30,959 nucleotides of DNA, taken from positions 1-30,959 of the forward strand of contig JAISVI010000038.1 of NCBI GenBank assembly GCA_031271665.1, given 5' to 3'. The notes below the pieces were generated by a model. That model made no database searches. It was given only the letters and a program-made list of their open reading frames with translations, and was not told the DNA's origin. Source of the stretch: Oscillospiraceae bacterium. Its GTDB lineage: Bacteria > Bacillota > Clostridia > Oscillospirales > UBA929. The translations under genes were made by a program, and so were the position numbers. How positions within the stretch are numbered: the first letter of the stretch is position 1; each line of letters opens with the position of its first letter. Positions 9,056-18,484 of the stretch are shown here, piece by piece.

Positions 9056-10288
9056 CTATAGCTCGCATATCTCCCTTTGCGCGCCCGTAAGGCTTACGCC
9101 GCCGTCCCCGGTCACAAGATAGACGTTTTCGCTGCCGACCATTCCAACGCCCGGTATGCCGACCTTAGGTTCGACGGCAAGGGTCATTCCGCATTCAAGG
9201 GGCGCGTCGAAGCCCTTCGCCAGTACGGGGTACTCGTCCACGTAAAGACCGATGCCGTGACCCAGAAACGGCACAGTACGCCCGGGCGCGCCCATAAAGC
9301 CCTCTCGCAGTTCCGGCCTTACCTTTTCAAGAACGGCTTTATAAATATCGCTCGGCCTTACGCCGGGGCGGAGCATCGCGGCGGCGGCGCGCTCCAGTTC
9401 AAGGCAGTGGGCGTGCGCCTCTTTGACGTACTCCGGCTGCGCCCCAAGACTGAATATAACGGTTTTATCCGTGTTATATCCTTCCATACCGAAGGCAAGG
9501 TCAATATAGACAAGTTCGCCCCGTTTAAGTTTTGCGTCCCCGCTTCCGAGTACGGGCGCGGCGGGGCAAAGCCCTTTGATGCCCGACGCGCCGTTGAAGA
9601 CCGCCGGGTAAAGCGCGCTTTCACCGAAGCAGAAGCTTCCAAGCACGGTGTCCGCGCGCATCATAAAGCGGCTTAGACCGTGGTAGCCGTTCTTTACGCA
9701 AAGCGCGAAAAACTCCGCGCCAAGCTCTGCCTCGCTTATGCCTTCGCGCAGAAGCGCCGGGACGCTTTCCGTAAACAGCCGGTCAATCGTCCCGCCCGCC
9801 CTGCGCATAATCGCAAGCTCGTAATCGCTTTTTACGGCGCGTACCTGAAGACAGACGGCGTCCACGGGGAACACGTTTTGAAAACCCATGTGGCGGCTAA
9901 GAAGTCCGTACCACTCCATCGTGGCCTGTCCCATGTCAAGGTAAACAGCGGCGGGAAGCGAACCAAACGCGGCGGCGGCCTCTCTGAACCCCGACATGCG
10001 CCGGATGTTGGGAAACTCCGACTCAAGCACCGCGCGGTCATACCCGCGCCGCGCCCAAAGCTCGGCCTGACCGCCGCGCGGAATAAAAAGCGCGCCCTCG
10101 ACAAGCGCGCCGGTTAGATAGTATTGGTTGATGTCCCCGGCAAGAACGCAAAGCTCCCAGTCCGGGTACGCCTTGTCCATGGCGGCGCGGAACTTCGCCA
10201 TACGCGCGTCAAGCTCCGTCTTGGGAACCTTTTGAGTTGTTTGTGTCATTCGCTGATTAGACCTCTCTTTTATCTTGTCATTAGACAT
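9056..10288 (-). CDS. M24-family Xaa-Pro aminopeptidase/dipeptidase (creatinase N-terminal domain plus pita-bread fold).
   Basis: 410 aa. The C-terminal half has metal-ligand motifs (…YIDLAFGMEGYNTD…HGIGL…). The start may be the internal ATG 10249 (MTQTTQK), which has AGAGAGG upstream. Confidence 0.85.
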   Translation of the reverse strand: MSNDKIKERSNQRMTQTTQKVPKTELDARMAKFRAAMDKAYPDWELCVLAGDINQYYLTGALVEGALFIPRGGQAELWARRGYDRAVLESEFPNIRRMSGFREAAAAFGSLPAAVYLDMGQATMEWYGLLSRHMGFQNVFPVDAVCLQVRAVKSDYELAIMRRAGGTIDRLFTESVPALLREGISEAELGAEFFALCVKNGYHGLSRFMMRADTVLGSFCFGESALYPAVFNGASGIKGLCPAAPVLGSGDAKLKRGELVYIDLAFGMEGYNTDKTVIFSLGAQPEYVKEAHAHCLELERAAAAMLRPGVRPSDIYKAVLEKVRPELREGFMGAPGRTVPFLGHGIGLYVDEYPVLAKGFDAPLECGMTLAVEPKVGIPGVGMVGSENVYLVTGDGGVSLTGAQREICEL

Positions 10289-10331
10289 TTTGCAAGACCT
10301 GTGTTATGATTGCCTCATCGAGGTGATACTG

Positions 10332-10790
10332 TTGAAGATATATATGGATGTATGCTGTCTTAACAGACCATTTGACGAGCAAACTCAAGATAAGGTTCGG
10401 TTTGAGGCCGAGGCTGTAATAAGTATACTGCGGCGGTGCGATCTTGGTGGCTATTGGTCATTAGTAGGAAGTGACATAATAGACCTTGAGATTGCCAAAA
10501 GCCGCGACATTTATAAAATGCAAAAAGTAAAATTGCTGTATGGTATTGCAACGGAAAGGGTTAAATGTAACGCGGCGATACAATCACGGGCAGCGTCATT
10601 ACGTGATTGTGGCGCAAAGGCTTTTGACAGTCTGCATCTCGCGTCAGCGGAATTTGCCAACGCAGACGTTTTTTTGACAACGGACGCCCAATTGCTGAAT
10701 GTGGCGTATCGTTCGGATTTGAAGATCCGTGTTGCAAATCCCCTGGTCTACTATATGGAGGTGTTACGCAATGAGCAATCTGGCAATTGA
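10332..10790 (+). CDS. PIN-domain protein (VapC-like putative ribonuclease toxin).
   Basis: A TTG start (MKIYMDVCCLNRPFDE…) after a GAGGTGA RBS. ATG 10344 is an alternative. Four acidic positions fit the PIN fold: D near the N-terminus, E in FEAEAV, D in AFDSLHLASAE, and D in FLTTD. Confidence 0.7.
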   Translation: MKIYMDVCCLNRPFDEQTQDKVRFEAEAVISILRRCDLGGYWSLVGSDIIDLEIAKSRDIYKMQKVKLLYGIATERVKCNAAIQSRAASLRDCGAKAFDSLHLASAEFANADVFLTTDAQLLNVAYRSDLKIRVANPLVYYMEVLRNEQSGN

Positions 10791-10977
10791 TTATAACAAC
10801 CCTAACGCACTAAGAAAAGCAGGGCTAGACGCGCTTGTAAAGGAACTTGGGCCGTTAGGAATGACGCTGTTTATACGTCAATATGACGGTGGTCATGGCG
10901 ATTATACGGCGGAACGCGAAGAACTGCTGAAAGGTATACCGCTTGAAGAAATAGAGATGGAAATTAGTAACAACTGA
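10771..10977 (+). CDS. Small conserved protein (68 aa) overlapping the PIN gene by 20 nt. Candidate antitoxin partner.
   Basis: ATG 10771 has a strong RBS GGAGGTG 7 nt upstream. Sequence MSNLAIDYNNPNALRKAGLDALVKELGPLGMTLFIRQYDGGHGDYTAEREELLKGIPLEEIEMEISNN. Confidence 0.65.
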   Translation: MSNLAIDYNNPNALRKAGLDALVKELGPLGMTLFIRQYDGGHGDYTAEREELLKGIPLEEIEMEISNN

Positions 10978-10986
10978 TTACCTCTG

Positions 10987-12816
10987 TCACTTCACGTCCC
11001 CCAGTGTAAGCTGTCCGTCGTCGGGCGGCAGGGCGTTCAGGCGGTCAAGGTATTTGTGTTCGTATTCCTCAAGCGCGGTTTTGTATTGGGGCATATTGCC
11101 CTTATGCAGATTGCGCATATAGTCATGCCCCGACCAAAGCCCCTTGCCGGAGCGCGCACCCGGTTCGCTGCGCCGAAGGACATACAGCGCCACGTTAGAG
11201 CAGTGATCGGCGATGCGCTCTAGGTTAATAACCGTCTCCAGAAGCTGCGTTCCCGCCTCTACGCTGCACCGGCCGCGTTTCAGACGGTCTATATGGCGTT
11301 CTTTAAGGGCGTTTTCAAGCGCGTCTATGGTTTGCTCAAGCGGTTCGATTTGCATGGCAAGCGGCCTGTCTATATCCTGATAGCTGCGCAGGGTCATGTC
11401 GATTATCTCGTCCACCGCATCAAATATGGTCGCAAGCTCGGCCCGCGCGGCGTCGGAGAATATCATCTTGCGCTCGGCCATAAGCGCGGCGGCCTCGGCA
11501 AGGTTTATCGTGTAGTCGCCTATGCGCTCGAAATCGCCGATGGTGTGGAGTATTTCGCTTAGGGTGATGTTCTCAATATCGGACAAATCGCGGTCGCGCA
11601 GTTTAAGCAGATAGACGTTTACCATATCCTCCATCTTGTCGATGTTTTCCTCGCGCTCTTTTATGGCGGCGGGCAGTCCGTTGTTCTGACCGTTAAGGCA
11701 TTTCACCGCGTCCCGGTAGTTCATCTGCGCGAACATACCCATCTGCGCCACCATGTTCCGCGCGTTGCTAAGCGCCAAAGACGGAGAGTTCAAAAAACGC
11801 GCCTCAAGCGGCATAACCTCCGGGACGGTCTCGTTCGCGATTTTCTTCGGTTCGCGGACGGTCTTCTCGGCAAGGCGGATAAGCCACTTGTTAAACGGCA
11901 GGAGAAGCAGCGTGGTCGTCACGTTGAAGACTGTGTGGAAGTTGGCTATCGTACCCATGTTGACCTGCTCGTCCATAAACTGAAGGTCAAGGAACGCCCG
12001 GGCGAACGAAAACAGGGCGAAGAACAGGGCGGTTCCGATTATATTGAAGTAAAGGTGAATCATCGCCGCGCGCTTGGCGTTACGGCTTGCCCCGACGCAG
12101 GATATAAGCGCTGTGACGCAGGTGCCGATGTTCGACCCCATAACATATGGCGCGGAGGACTCAAAAGTGACCGTCCCGGTAGAGCTTAACGCCTGTAAGA
12201 TACCCACGGAGGCGGAAGAGCTTTGTATAATGGCCGTTACAAGCGTACCGGCAAGAAGCCCAAGCCAGGGGTTTGACAGTATATCAAACAGCCGGACAAA
12301 CACTTCAACGTCAATGGCTTTGGCCGCGTCCGACATGATGTTCATACCGAAGAACAGCACGCCGAACCCCAGAAGGAAATGCCCGATGTCGTGGCGCGAA
12401 CGTTTTTTCGGCATAAGGTACAACACAATGCCTATGGCCGAGATGACCGGAGCAAGCGTGGACGGCTTAAAAAGCGCCAAAACGGACTCCGCGTCCTTCA
12501 GGTCGCCAAGGCGGAGTATCTGCGCCGTAATCGTGGTGCCGATATTCGCGCCCATGATAATGCCCACCGCCTGGGGCAATGTCATAATACCGGCAGTGAC
12601 AAAGCCCACGACCATTACGGTCGTCGCCGAGGAACTTTGGATAACCGCCGTGACGCAAAGGCCAAGCAGAACGCCCTTCAGCGGGTTGCCCGCCATGCGC
12701 TCCAGAAACCTTTCAAGACGTCCCGAGGAAAGCTTTTCAAGTCCGTCGCCCATGACGCTCATTCCGAAAAGGAACAGCGCCACCCCGCCGAGTATGGCGA
12801 GAACGTGCATTATCAC
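10987..12816 (-). CDS. Na/Pi cotransporter family protein with C-terminal PhoU domains.
   Basis: 609 aa. Duplicated IQSSSA transport motifs. The C-terminal PhoU-like region has paired D…RIxDH motifs. GTG start with a GGGAGG RBS. Confidence 0.85.
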   Translation of the reverse strand: MIMHVLAILGGVALFLFGMSVMGDGLEKLSSGRLERFLERMAGNPLKGVLLGLCVTAVIQSSSATTVMVVGFVTAGIMTLPQAVGIIMGANIGTTITAQILRLGDLKDAESVLALFKPSTLAPVISAIGIVLYLMPKKRSRHDIGHFLLGFGVLFFGMNIMSDAAKAIDVEVFVRLFDILSNPWLGLLAGTLVTAIIQSSSASVGILQALSSTGTVTFESSAPYVMGSNIGTCVTALISCVGASRNAKRAAMIHLYFNIIGTALFFALFSFARAFLDLQFMDEQVNMGTIANFHTVFNVTTTLLLLPFNKWLIRLAEKTVREPKKIANETVPEVMPLEARFLNSPSLALSNARNMVAQMGMFAQMNYRDAVKCLNGQNNGLPAAIKEREENIDKMEDMVNVYLLKLRDRDLSDIENITLSEILHTIGDFERIGDYTINLAEAAALMAERKMIFSDAARAELATIFDAVDEIIDMTLRSYQDIDRPLAMQIEPLEQTIDALENALKERHIDRLKRGRCSVEAGTQLLETVINLERIADHCSNVALYVLRRSEPGARSGKGLWSGHDYMRNLHKGNMPQYKTALEEYEHKYLDRLNALPPDDGQLTLGDVK

Positions 12817-13025
12817 AGATAATAGCCTCCCGTATTCATACGTTTCAAAACTAACCGCACTGTATTATACCGCCTGTTACCTAATTTGTCCACTAGAAAT
12901 ATAGAACAAGTAAATTATTAGTAGTTTTTGCGTGTGAACACGCGGCTATGCCGTCGAGCATAGCAAGACGGAGCGGGCAATTTTCAACATGCGCGTAAAA
13001 AAAGCAGAAAGTTTACAAAAAACGC

Positions 13026-13055
13026 TTGATTTTTGCGTCAGTAAGGCATTATAAT
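13026..13055 (+). promoter_or_regulatory. Sigma-70-like promoter of pgk (TTGATT-N18-TATAAT).
   Basis: Reads cgcTTGATTtttgcgtcagtaaggcatTATAATacg, about 40 nt upstream of the pgk start codon. Confidence 0.55.
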
Positions 13056-13093
13056 ACGTTTCGGTCAATTTAAAAGATAACGGAGGATAAGAG

Positions 13094-14278
13094 ATGAATT
13101 ACGCGAAAAAGAGCATAGAGGATATCGGCACTGCCGGGAAAAAGGTGCTTGTGCGCTGTGACTTTAACGTGCCGCAGGACGAAAACGGCGAAATAACGGC
13201 GGACACACGTATCGTGGGGGCGCTTCCGACCATAAAATACCTTGCGGACAAGGGCGCGAAGATCATACTCTGCTCGCACCTTGGACGCCCCAAAGGGAAG
13301 GTTGATCCCAAGTACAGTCTGAAACCCGTCGCCGAGCGTTTAAGCGCGCTTCTCGGAAAAACCGTCGCCCTTGCCGCCGACGTGGTCGGCGAGGACGCCA
13401 AGGCAAAGGCCGCCGCGCTTAAAGACGGCGACATCATGCTTCTTGAAAACGTGCGCTTCCACGCCGAAGAGGAGAAGAACGACCCCGCGTTTGCCAAAGA
13501 GCTTGCCTCTCTGGCCGAGATATATGTAAACGACGCTTTCGGCACTGCGCACCGCGCACACGCATCTACGGCGGGTGTGGCGGACTATCTGCCCGCCGTG
13601 TGCGGCTTTCTGATTCAGAAAGAGATCGGCATAATGGGCAAGGCGCTTGAAGACCCCAAGCGCCCCTTTGTCGCCGTGCTTGGCGGCGCGAAGGTAAGCG
13701 ACAAAATCGGCGTTATCAAAAACCTTATCCTGAAATGCGACACGATTATTATCGGCGGCGCGATGGCCTATACCTTCAAAAAGGCGGCGGGACGCAACAT
13801 CGGAACGTCGCGCTTTGAAGAGGACAAGCTTGACTACGCGCGCGAGGTTATGGTGCGCGCCGTGGGCATGGGCGTGGGTTTCATGCTGCCGATTGACCAT
13901 GTATGCGCGGATCATTTCGGCGAAGACGCGACCCCCGTCCCCTGCAAGCATATCGCCGAGGGAATGATGGGGCTTGATATCGGCCCGAAGACGGTTGAGA
14001 AATACTCCGCCGCGCTTAAAAACGCGGGAACCGTGGTTTGGAACGGCCCGATGGGCGTGTTCGAAATTCCGGCGTTTGCCGAGGGAACCAAGGCCATTGC
14101 GAAAGCCATTGCCGAAAGCGACGCGGTAAGCATTATCGGCGGCGGCGACAGCGCCGCGGCGGTCGAGCAGCTTGGCTTCGCCGACAAAATGACGCATATA
14201 AGCACCGGCGGCGGCGCGAGCCTTGAGTTTTTAGAGGGGCTTGAGCTTCCCGGAATCGCGTGTCTGTTGGATAAATAA
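13094..14278 (+). CDS. pgk: Phosphoglycerate kinase.
   Basis: 394 aa. Contains …[23 protein letters not shown]…. RBS is GGAGGA. Confidence 0.97.
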   Translation: MNYAKKSIEDIGTAGKKVLVRCDFNVPQDENGEITADTRIVGALPTIKYLADKGAKIILCSHLGRPKGKVDPKYSLKPVAERLSALLGKTVALAADVVGEDAKAKAAALKDGDIMLLENVRFHAEEEKNDPAFAKELASLAEIYVNDAFGTAHRAHASTAGVADYLPAVCGFLIQKEIGIMGKALEDPKRPFVAVLGGAKVSDKIGVIKNLILKCDTIIIGGAMAYTFKKAAGRNIGTSRFEEDKLDYAREVMVRAVGMGVGFMLPIDHVCADHFGEDATPVPCKHIAEGMMGLDIGPKTVEKYSAALKNAGTVVWNGPMGVFEIPAFAEGTKAIAKAIAESDAVSIIGGGDSAAAVEQLGFADKMTHISTGGGASLEFLEGLELPGIACLLDK

Positions 14279-14301
14279 CAATACGAAAGGGTGGGCTTCC
14301 T

Positions 14302-15075
14302 GTGAACAGAAGGTACCGCAAGACTATAATCGCGGGTAACTGGAAGATGAACAAAACCGCGACGGAGACAAAGGCGCTTGTCGAGGATGTAAAGCAGCGC
14401 GTCGCCAAAAGCAAATGGTGCGAGGTCGTGCTCTGCGTCCCGTTTGTGGACATCCCGGCGGCAGTCAGACAGACGAAGGACTGCCGCATCGCCATTGGCG
14501 CGCAGAACCTTCACGAAGAGGTTTCCGGGGCATATACGGGCGAAATCTCCGGGGCTATGCTTAAAGACCTTGGCGTAAAATACGTTATCATCGGCCATTC
14601 CGAGCGCCGCCAGTATTTCGGCGAGACAGACCAGACAGTCGCCAAGAAGGTTGGCGCGGCGCTTGACGCGGGGCTAAAGGCAATCGTCTGCGTGGGCGAG
14701 ACGCTTGCCCAGCGCGACATGGACGTTACGATGGAACTTATTGCGCTTCAGGTGAAAAGCGCGCTTAACGCCGTCCCCACGACAGAAGAGCTTAAAAGGA
14801 TCGTCTTTGCCTACGAGCCGGTTTGGGCCATCGGAACGGGGCGCACCGCCACCGCCGAGCAGGCGGCCGAGGTGTGTACCTTTATCCGCGCGCTTATAAG
14901 GAAAAAGTACGGCGCGCGCGCCGCAAGGGGCGTGACAATCCAGTACGGCGGCTCGATGAACGCGCAGAACGCAGACGAGCTTTTGGCCCAGCTTGACGTT
15001 GACGGCGGTCTTATCGGCGGCGCGTCACTGAAGCCCGAAGACTTCGCGGCGATTGTGCAGGCGGCGAACCAATGA
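14302..15075 (+). CDS. tpiA: Triosephosphate isomerase.
   Basis: GTG start after AAAGGGTGGG. Contains …IIAGNWKMNKT…IGHSERR…AYEPVWAIGTG…. Confidence 0.95.
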   Translation: MNRRYRKTIIAGNWKMNKTATETKALVEDVKQRVAKSKWCEVVLCVPFVDIPAAVRQTKDCRIAIGAQNLHEEVSGAYTGEISGAMLKDLGVKYVIIGHSERRQYFGETDQTVAKKVGAALDAGLKAIVCVGETLAQRDMDVTMELIALQVKSALNAVPTTEELKRIVFAYEPVWAIGTGRTATAEQAAEVCTFIRALIRKKYGARAARGVTIQYGGSMNAQNADELLAQLDVDGGLIGGASLKPEDFAAIVQAANQ

Positions 15076-16592
15076 CAAAAAAGACGCCTCTGGCGCTTAT
15101 AATCATGGACGGGTACGGCCTTGCGAAGCCGTCGCCGGGAAACGCCATGAGCCTTGCGAATACGCCGGTGCTTGACAGAATTACGGCGCAGTGTCCGCAT
15201 ACAACGCTTTCCGCAAGCGGTATGGACGTCGGTCTGCCCGAGGGGCAGATGGGCAACAGCGAGGTCGGGCATACCAACATCGGCGCGGGGCGCGTGGTTT
15301 ATCAGGACTTGCCCCGGATAACAAAGGCCATAGAGGACGGAAGCTTTTTCACAAACGAGGCTTTTTTAGAGGCAATCGAAAACTGCAAAAAAAGCGACAG
15401 CGCGCTTCACCTTATGGGTCTTATGTCCGACGGGGGCGTCCACAGTCACAACACGCATACTTGGGCGTATCTTGAACTGGCGAAAAGGCACGGCCTTAGC
15501 AGGGTGTATTTACACTGTTTTCTGGACGGGCGCGACGTGCCGCCGGAATCCGGGCTTGAGTTTGTCCGCGAGGCGCAGGAGAAATGCGGTAAAACCGGCG
15601 CGAAAATCGCCACCGTGATGGGCCGATATTACGCGATGGATCGCGACACCCAATGGGCGCGCGTGGAGAAGGCGTATAACGCGATGACCTTCGGCGAGGG
15701 GGAGTTCTGCCCCGACCCGGTGAAGGCGGTTGCCGACAGCTATGCAAACGGCGTTACCGACGAGTTTGTCGTTCCGGTTGTCTGTGACAAAAGCGCCGGG
15801 ATTGGGCCGTATGACAGCATAATCTTTACAAATTTCCGCCCCGACCGCGCGCGGGAGATAACCCGCGCGTTCGTTGACCCGGACTTTTCCGGATTTGCAC
15901 GCAAAAACGGCTTTTTTCCCGTGACCTATATCTGCGCCACAGAGTACGACGCGCTTATGCCGAACGTGCGCGTGGCGTTCCCGCCAAAGGGTCTTACGAA
16001 TATTTTCGGCGAGTATATAAGCCGCATGGGCATGAGCCAGTTAAGAATCGCGGAAACCACCAAATACGCGCATGTGACGTTCTTCTTCAACGGCGGCGAG
16101 GAAACCGTCTTCACCGGCGAGGACAGGGCGCTTATCCCCACGCCGGACGTGGCCACGTTTGACCTTAAACCCGAAATGAGCGCGAACGAAGTCTGCGCCG
16201 AAGCGGTTAAGCGTATCCACAGCGGCAAATACGACGTTATCGTGCTTAACTACGCAAACTGCGACATGGTCGGGCATACGGGCGTTATCCCCGCGGCCGT
16301 CGCGGCGGTTGAGACTGTGGACGCCTGCGTTGGGCGCACCTTGGAGGCTATTTCCGAAGAGGGCGGAATCGCCATTGTCACCGCCGACCACGGCAACGCC
16401 GACAAGATGCTTGATGACGACGGCGTGACGCCGTTTACGGCGCATACGCTTAACCCGGTGCCGTTTATCCTGTGCGGCGCGCAGGCTAATCTTAAACCGG
16501 GCAGACTGTGCGATATTTGCCCGACCATACTTGACCTTATGGGATTAAGCAAACCCCCGGAGATGACGGGGGAGAGCCTTATAGTAAAATAG
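15072..16592 (+). CDS. gpmI: 2,3-bisphosphoglycerate-independent phosphoglycerate mutase.
   Basis: 506 aa. ATGA overlap with tpiA. Begins MTKKTPLALIIMDGYGL…. Confidence 0.95.
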   Translation: MTKKTPLALIIMDGYGLAKPSPGNAMSLANTPVLDRITAQCPHTTLSASGMDVGLPEGQMGNSEVGHTNIGAGRVVYQDLPRITKAIEDGSFFTNEAFLEAIENCKKSDSALHLMGLMSDGGVHSHNTHTWAYLELAKRHGLSRVYLHCFLDGRDVPPESGLEFVREAQEKCGKTGAKIATVMGRYYAMDRDTQWARVEKAYNAMTFGEGEFCPDPVKAVADSYANGVTDEFVVPVVCDKSAGIGPYDSIIFTNFRPDRAREITRAFVDPDFSGFARKNGFFPVTYICATEYDALMPNVRVAFPPKGLTNIFGEYISRMGMSQLRIAETTKYAHVTFFFNGGEETVFTGEDRALIPTPDVATFDLKPEMSANEVCAEAVKRIHSGKYDVIVLNYANCDMVGHTGVIPAAVAAVETVDACVGRTLEAISEEGGIAIVTADHGNADKMLDDDGVTPFTAHTLNPVPFILCGAQANLKPGRLCDICPTILDLMGLSKPPEMTGESLIVK

Positions 16593-16604
16593 GGGGTTTG
16601 TCAG

Positions 16605-17138
16605 ATGGAAAAAAGCGAGGTCGCGAAGAAAATTTATGAAAAAGCGCATATAACCGGCGAGTTTAGACTGCGCTCGGGACAAACCTCAAACGAGTATTTT
16701 GACAAGTACCTGTTCGAGACCGAGCCGCAGCTGCTTATGGAGATAGCCAAGCAGATGAAGGTGCTTATCCCCCCGGAAACCGAGGTTATAGCGGGACTTG
16801 AACTGGGCGGCATACCCGTAGTTACCGCGCTTTCCGTTGAAACCGGGCTTAACGCCGCGTATGTCCGCAAGAAGGCGAAGGAGTACGGCACCTGCAAACT
16901 TGCCGAGGGCGCGGACATAAACGGGAAAACTGTCTGCGTTATCGAGGATGTTGTGACAACGGGCGGTCAGATTATTGAAAGCGTGGCCGCGATCAGGAAA
17001 CGCGGCGCGAAAGTCGATACGGTGCTTTGCGTTATATTAAGGGATTCAAGGGCAATAGACCTTCTCGCCGCGAAAGGACTTAAACTGCTTCCCGCGTTTA
17101 CGATGGAGTATATTAAAGAAAGCGCTGCCGCCCTTTAG
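16605..17138 (+). CDS. pyrE: Orotate phosphoribosyltransferase (short PyrE-type).
   Basis: 177 aa. PRPP-binding motif VCVIEDVVTTGGQ. Confidence 0.85.
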   Translation: MEKSEVAKKIYEKAHITGEFRLRSGQTSNEYFDKYLFETEPQLLMEIAKQMKVLIPPETEVIAGLELGGIPVVTALSVETGLNAAYVRKKAKEYGTCKLAEGADINGKTVCVIEDVVTTGGQIIESVAAIRKRGAKVDTVLCVILRDSRAIDLLAAKGLKLLPAFTMEYIKESAAAL

Positions 17139-17155
17139 GGGCGGCAGACGTTTTT
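17125..17155 (+). terminator. Rho-independent terminator overlapping the pyrE stop codon.
   Basis: Stem CTGCCGCCC / GGGCGGCAG with loop tttag, followed by acgTTTTTg. Confidence 0.6.
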
Positions 17156-17162
17156 GCGCCGT

Positions 17163-17255
17163 CCCCTGCAACACTCCCCCTGCCTCCCCCTCTGGGGGAG
17201 GTGGCACGCGCAGCGTGACGGAGAGGGTGTAGGGCGCGCGCCCCGGCGCGCCGTG
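17163..17255 (+). repeat. Copy R4 of the repeat family (module 1 then module 2).
   Basis: ccccctgcctccccctctgggggaggtgGCACGCGCAGCGTGACGGAGAGGGTgtagggcgcgcgccccggcgcgcc. The 24-nt core is identical to the reverse complement of 20737-20760. Confidence 0.8.
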
Positions 17256-17287
17256 AAAATTGCGCCGGGCTTTCCCCGCCTTTTTGC

Positions 17288-17317
17288 TTGACAATACCTA
17301 TAAAATGGAGATATAAT
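17288..17317 (+). promoter_or_regulatory. Consensus sigma-70 promoter (TTGACA-N18-TATAAT) driving the HEPN-MNT pair.
   Basis: Reads cTTGACAatacctataaaatggagaTATAATgag. Marks the start of the AT-rich segment. Confidence 0.6.
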
Positions 17318-17399
17318 GAGTTTGAAAGTTGAGTGCTTAAATAGAAAAACTTGAACACGAACACACATATGTGGCTTAAAGGATAAATGATAAAGGCAG

Positions 17400-17828
17400 A
17401 TGGACATTATGACGCAAAGCGAAATTGTTTCTTACTGGATTTCAAAATCTCGAGAAGAACTTGAATCTGCAAGCATAATGTTTTCGATGCGCAAATATGC
17501 GTATACTGGTTTCATGTGTCACCAATGTATTGAGAAGGCATTGAAAGCTTATTTCATTTTCCAGAATGATACCAAACAGCCGCGCGAACATAAGCTAGTT
17601 ATGCTTGCGAAAACAACACAACTTTTGCACCAATTTAACGAAAAACAAAAAACTACAATAGAAAAACTTGATCCGCTTTACACTAAATCTAGGTATGAAG
17701 ATTATAAGAATACAATCGCTTCACTTTTGACAGAATCCTATTGCGGCACATTACTCCAAGAAACGGAGGAGTTGATGACATGGATACTTGCGTCAATGAA
17801 ATCGCAAACCGATATGCCGATCTTATAA
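17400..17828 (+). CDS. HEPN-domain protein (putative toxin of a HEPN/MNT module).
   Basis: 142 aa. Helical, with the HEPN-like motif …YTKSRYEDY… near the C-terminus. Genomic context with an adjacent minimal nucleotidyltransferase. Confidence 0.7.
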   Translation: MDIMTQSEIVSYWISKSREELESASIMFSMRKYAYTGFMCHQCIEKALKAYFIFQNDTKQPREHKLVMLAKTTQLLHQFNEKQKTTIEKLDPLYTKSRYEDYKNTIASLLTESYCGTLLQETEELMTWILASMKSQTDMPIL

Positions 17829-18091
17829 AAGACCGGTTTCATTGCAAGGAAATATATCTCTACGGTTCATATGCAAGAGGAAATGCAAATCTGAACAGCG
17901 ATATAGATATTGCTGTAATTATTGATCCGATTGACAATGAAAATTATATGAAGCTGTTTGGGAAACTGTTTTCTTTTGCGGTCGAAATTGATGACAGGAT
18001 TGAACCCAACCTTCTGATTGACTATGGAGATTACGACAAGTATAGTTTTTTGTCTGAGGTGAAAGAGACCGGCCTTAGAATTTATTTCTGA
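17780..18091 (+). CDS. Minimal nucleotidyltransferase (MNT, putative antitoxin).
   Basis: GS-x9-11-DxD motif: LYGSYARGNANLNSDIDIAV. ATG 17780 (MDTCVNEIANRY…) overlaps the HEPN gene by about 49 nt. Confidence 0.75.
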   Translation: MDTCVNEIANRYADLIKDRFHCKEIYLYGSYARGNANLNSDIDIAVIIDPIDNENYMKLFGKLFSFAVEIDDRIEPNLLIDYGDYDKYSFLSEVKETGLRIYF

Positions 18092-18121
18092 CAAAGCCTT
18101 AAAAGGCAGAACGCCGCCCCC

Positions 18122-18484
18122 TTACTTGCCCTTCTTGAAAATTTCCAAAAGACCAAGCGCGACAAGCGCCGCGCCGAAGATTTTTCGAAGCAGTCCGCCG
18201 TCAAGACTAAGCGCGACCCAGGCGGAAAGGGCTGCGGTGGGAAGCCCGCCCAGCATGGCGGGGATCGCGGCCTTGAAATCCACCTGCTTGGTGCGGATAT
18301 GCGAAACCAGCGCGCCGGACGCGCAGGGAATGAAGTAAAGCAGGTTTATCCCCTGCGCCGCGTGTTGGCTAAGGCCGCCCGGCCACGTCATGTATATCAT
18401 CAGAAGCGTCCCGCCGCCAAGCCCGAAACCGGACAGTACGCCGGTCAGAATCCCGGCCAGAGCGTCGAAAAAATCACCCATCAC
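18122..18484 (-). CDS. TSUP/TauE-SafE family half-transporter (4-TM).
   Basis: 120 aa, hydrophobic, Gly-rich helices. The start overlaps the stop of the upstream half-gene in ATGA. Confidence 0.75.
   Translation of the reverse strand: MMGDFFDALAGILTGVLSGFGLGGGTLLMIYMTWPGGLSQHAAQGINLLYFIPCASGALVSHIRTKQVDFKAAIPAMLGGLPTAALSAWVALSLDGGLLRKIFGAALVALGLLEIFKKGK

Noticed and set aside
12930-12960. Possible cre (CcpA) site TGTGAACACGCGGC upstream of pgk.
   Set aside because: It fails the central CG and the symmetric positions of the TGWAANCGNTNWCA consensus.
13340-14598. Long minus-strand ORFs (285 and 228 aa) opposite pgk.
   Set aside because: Antisense to the unmistakable pgk coding sequence. His/Arg/Ala-rich nonsense.
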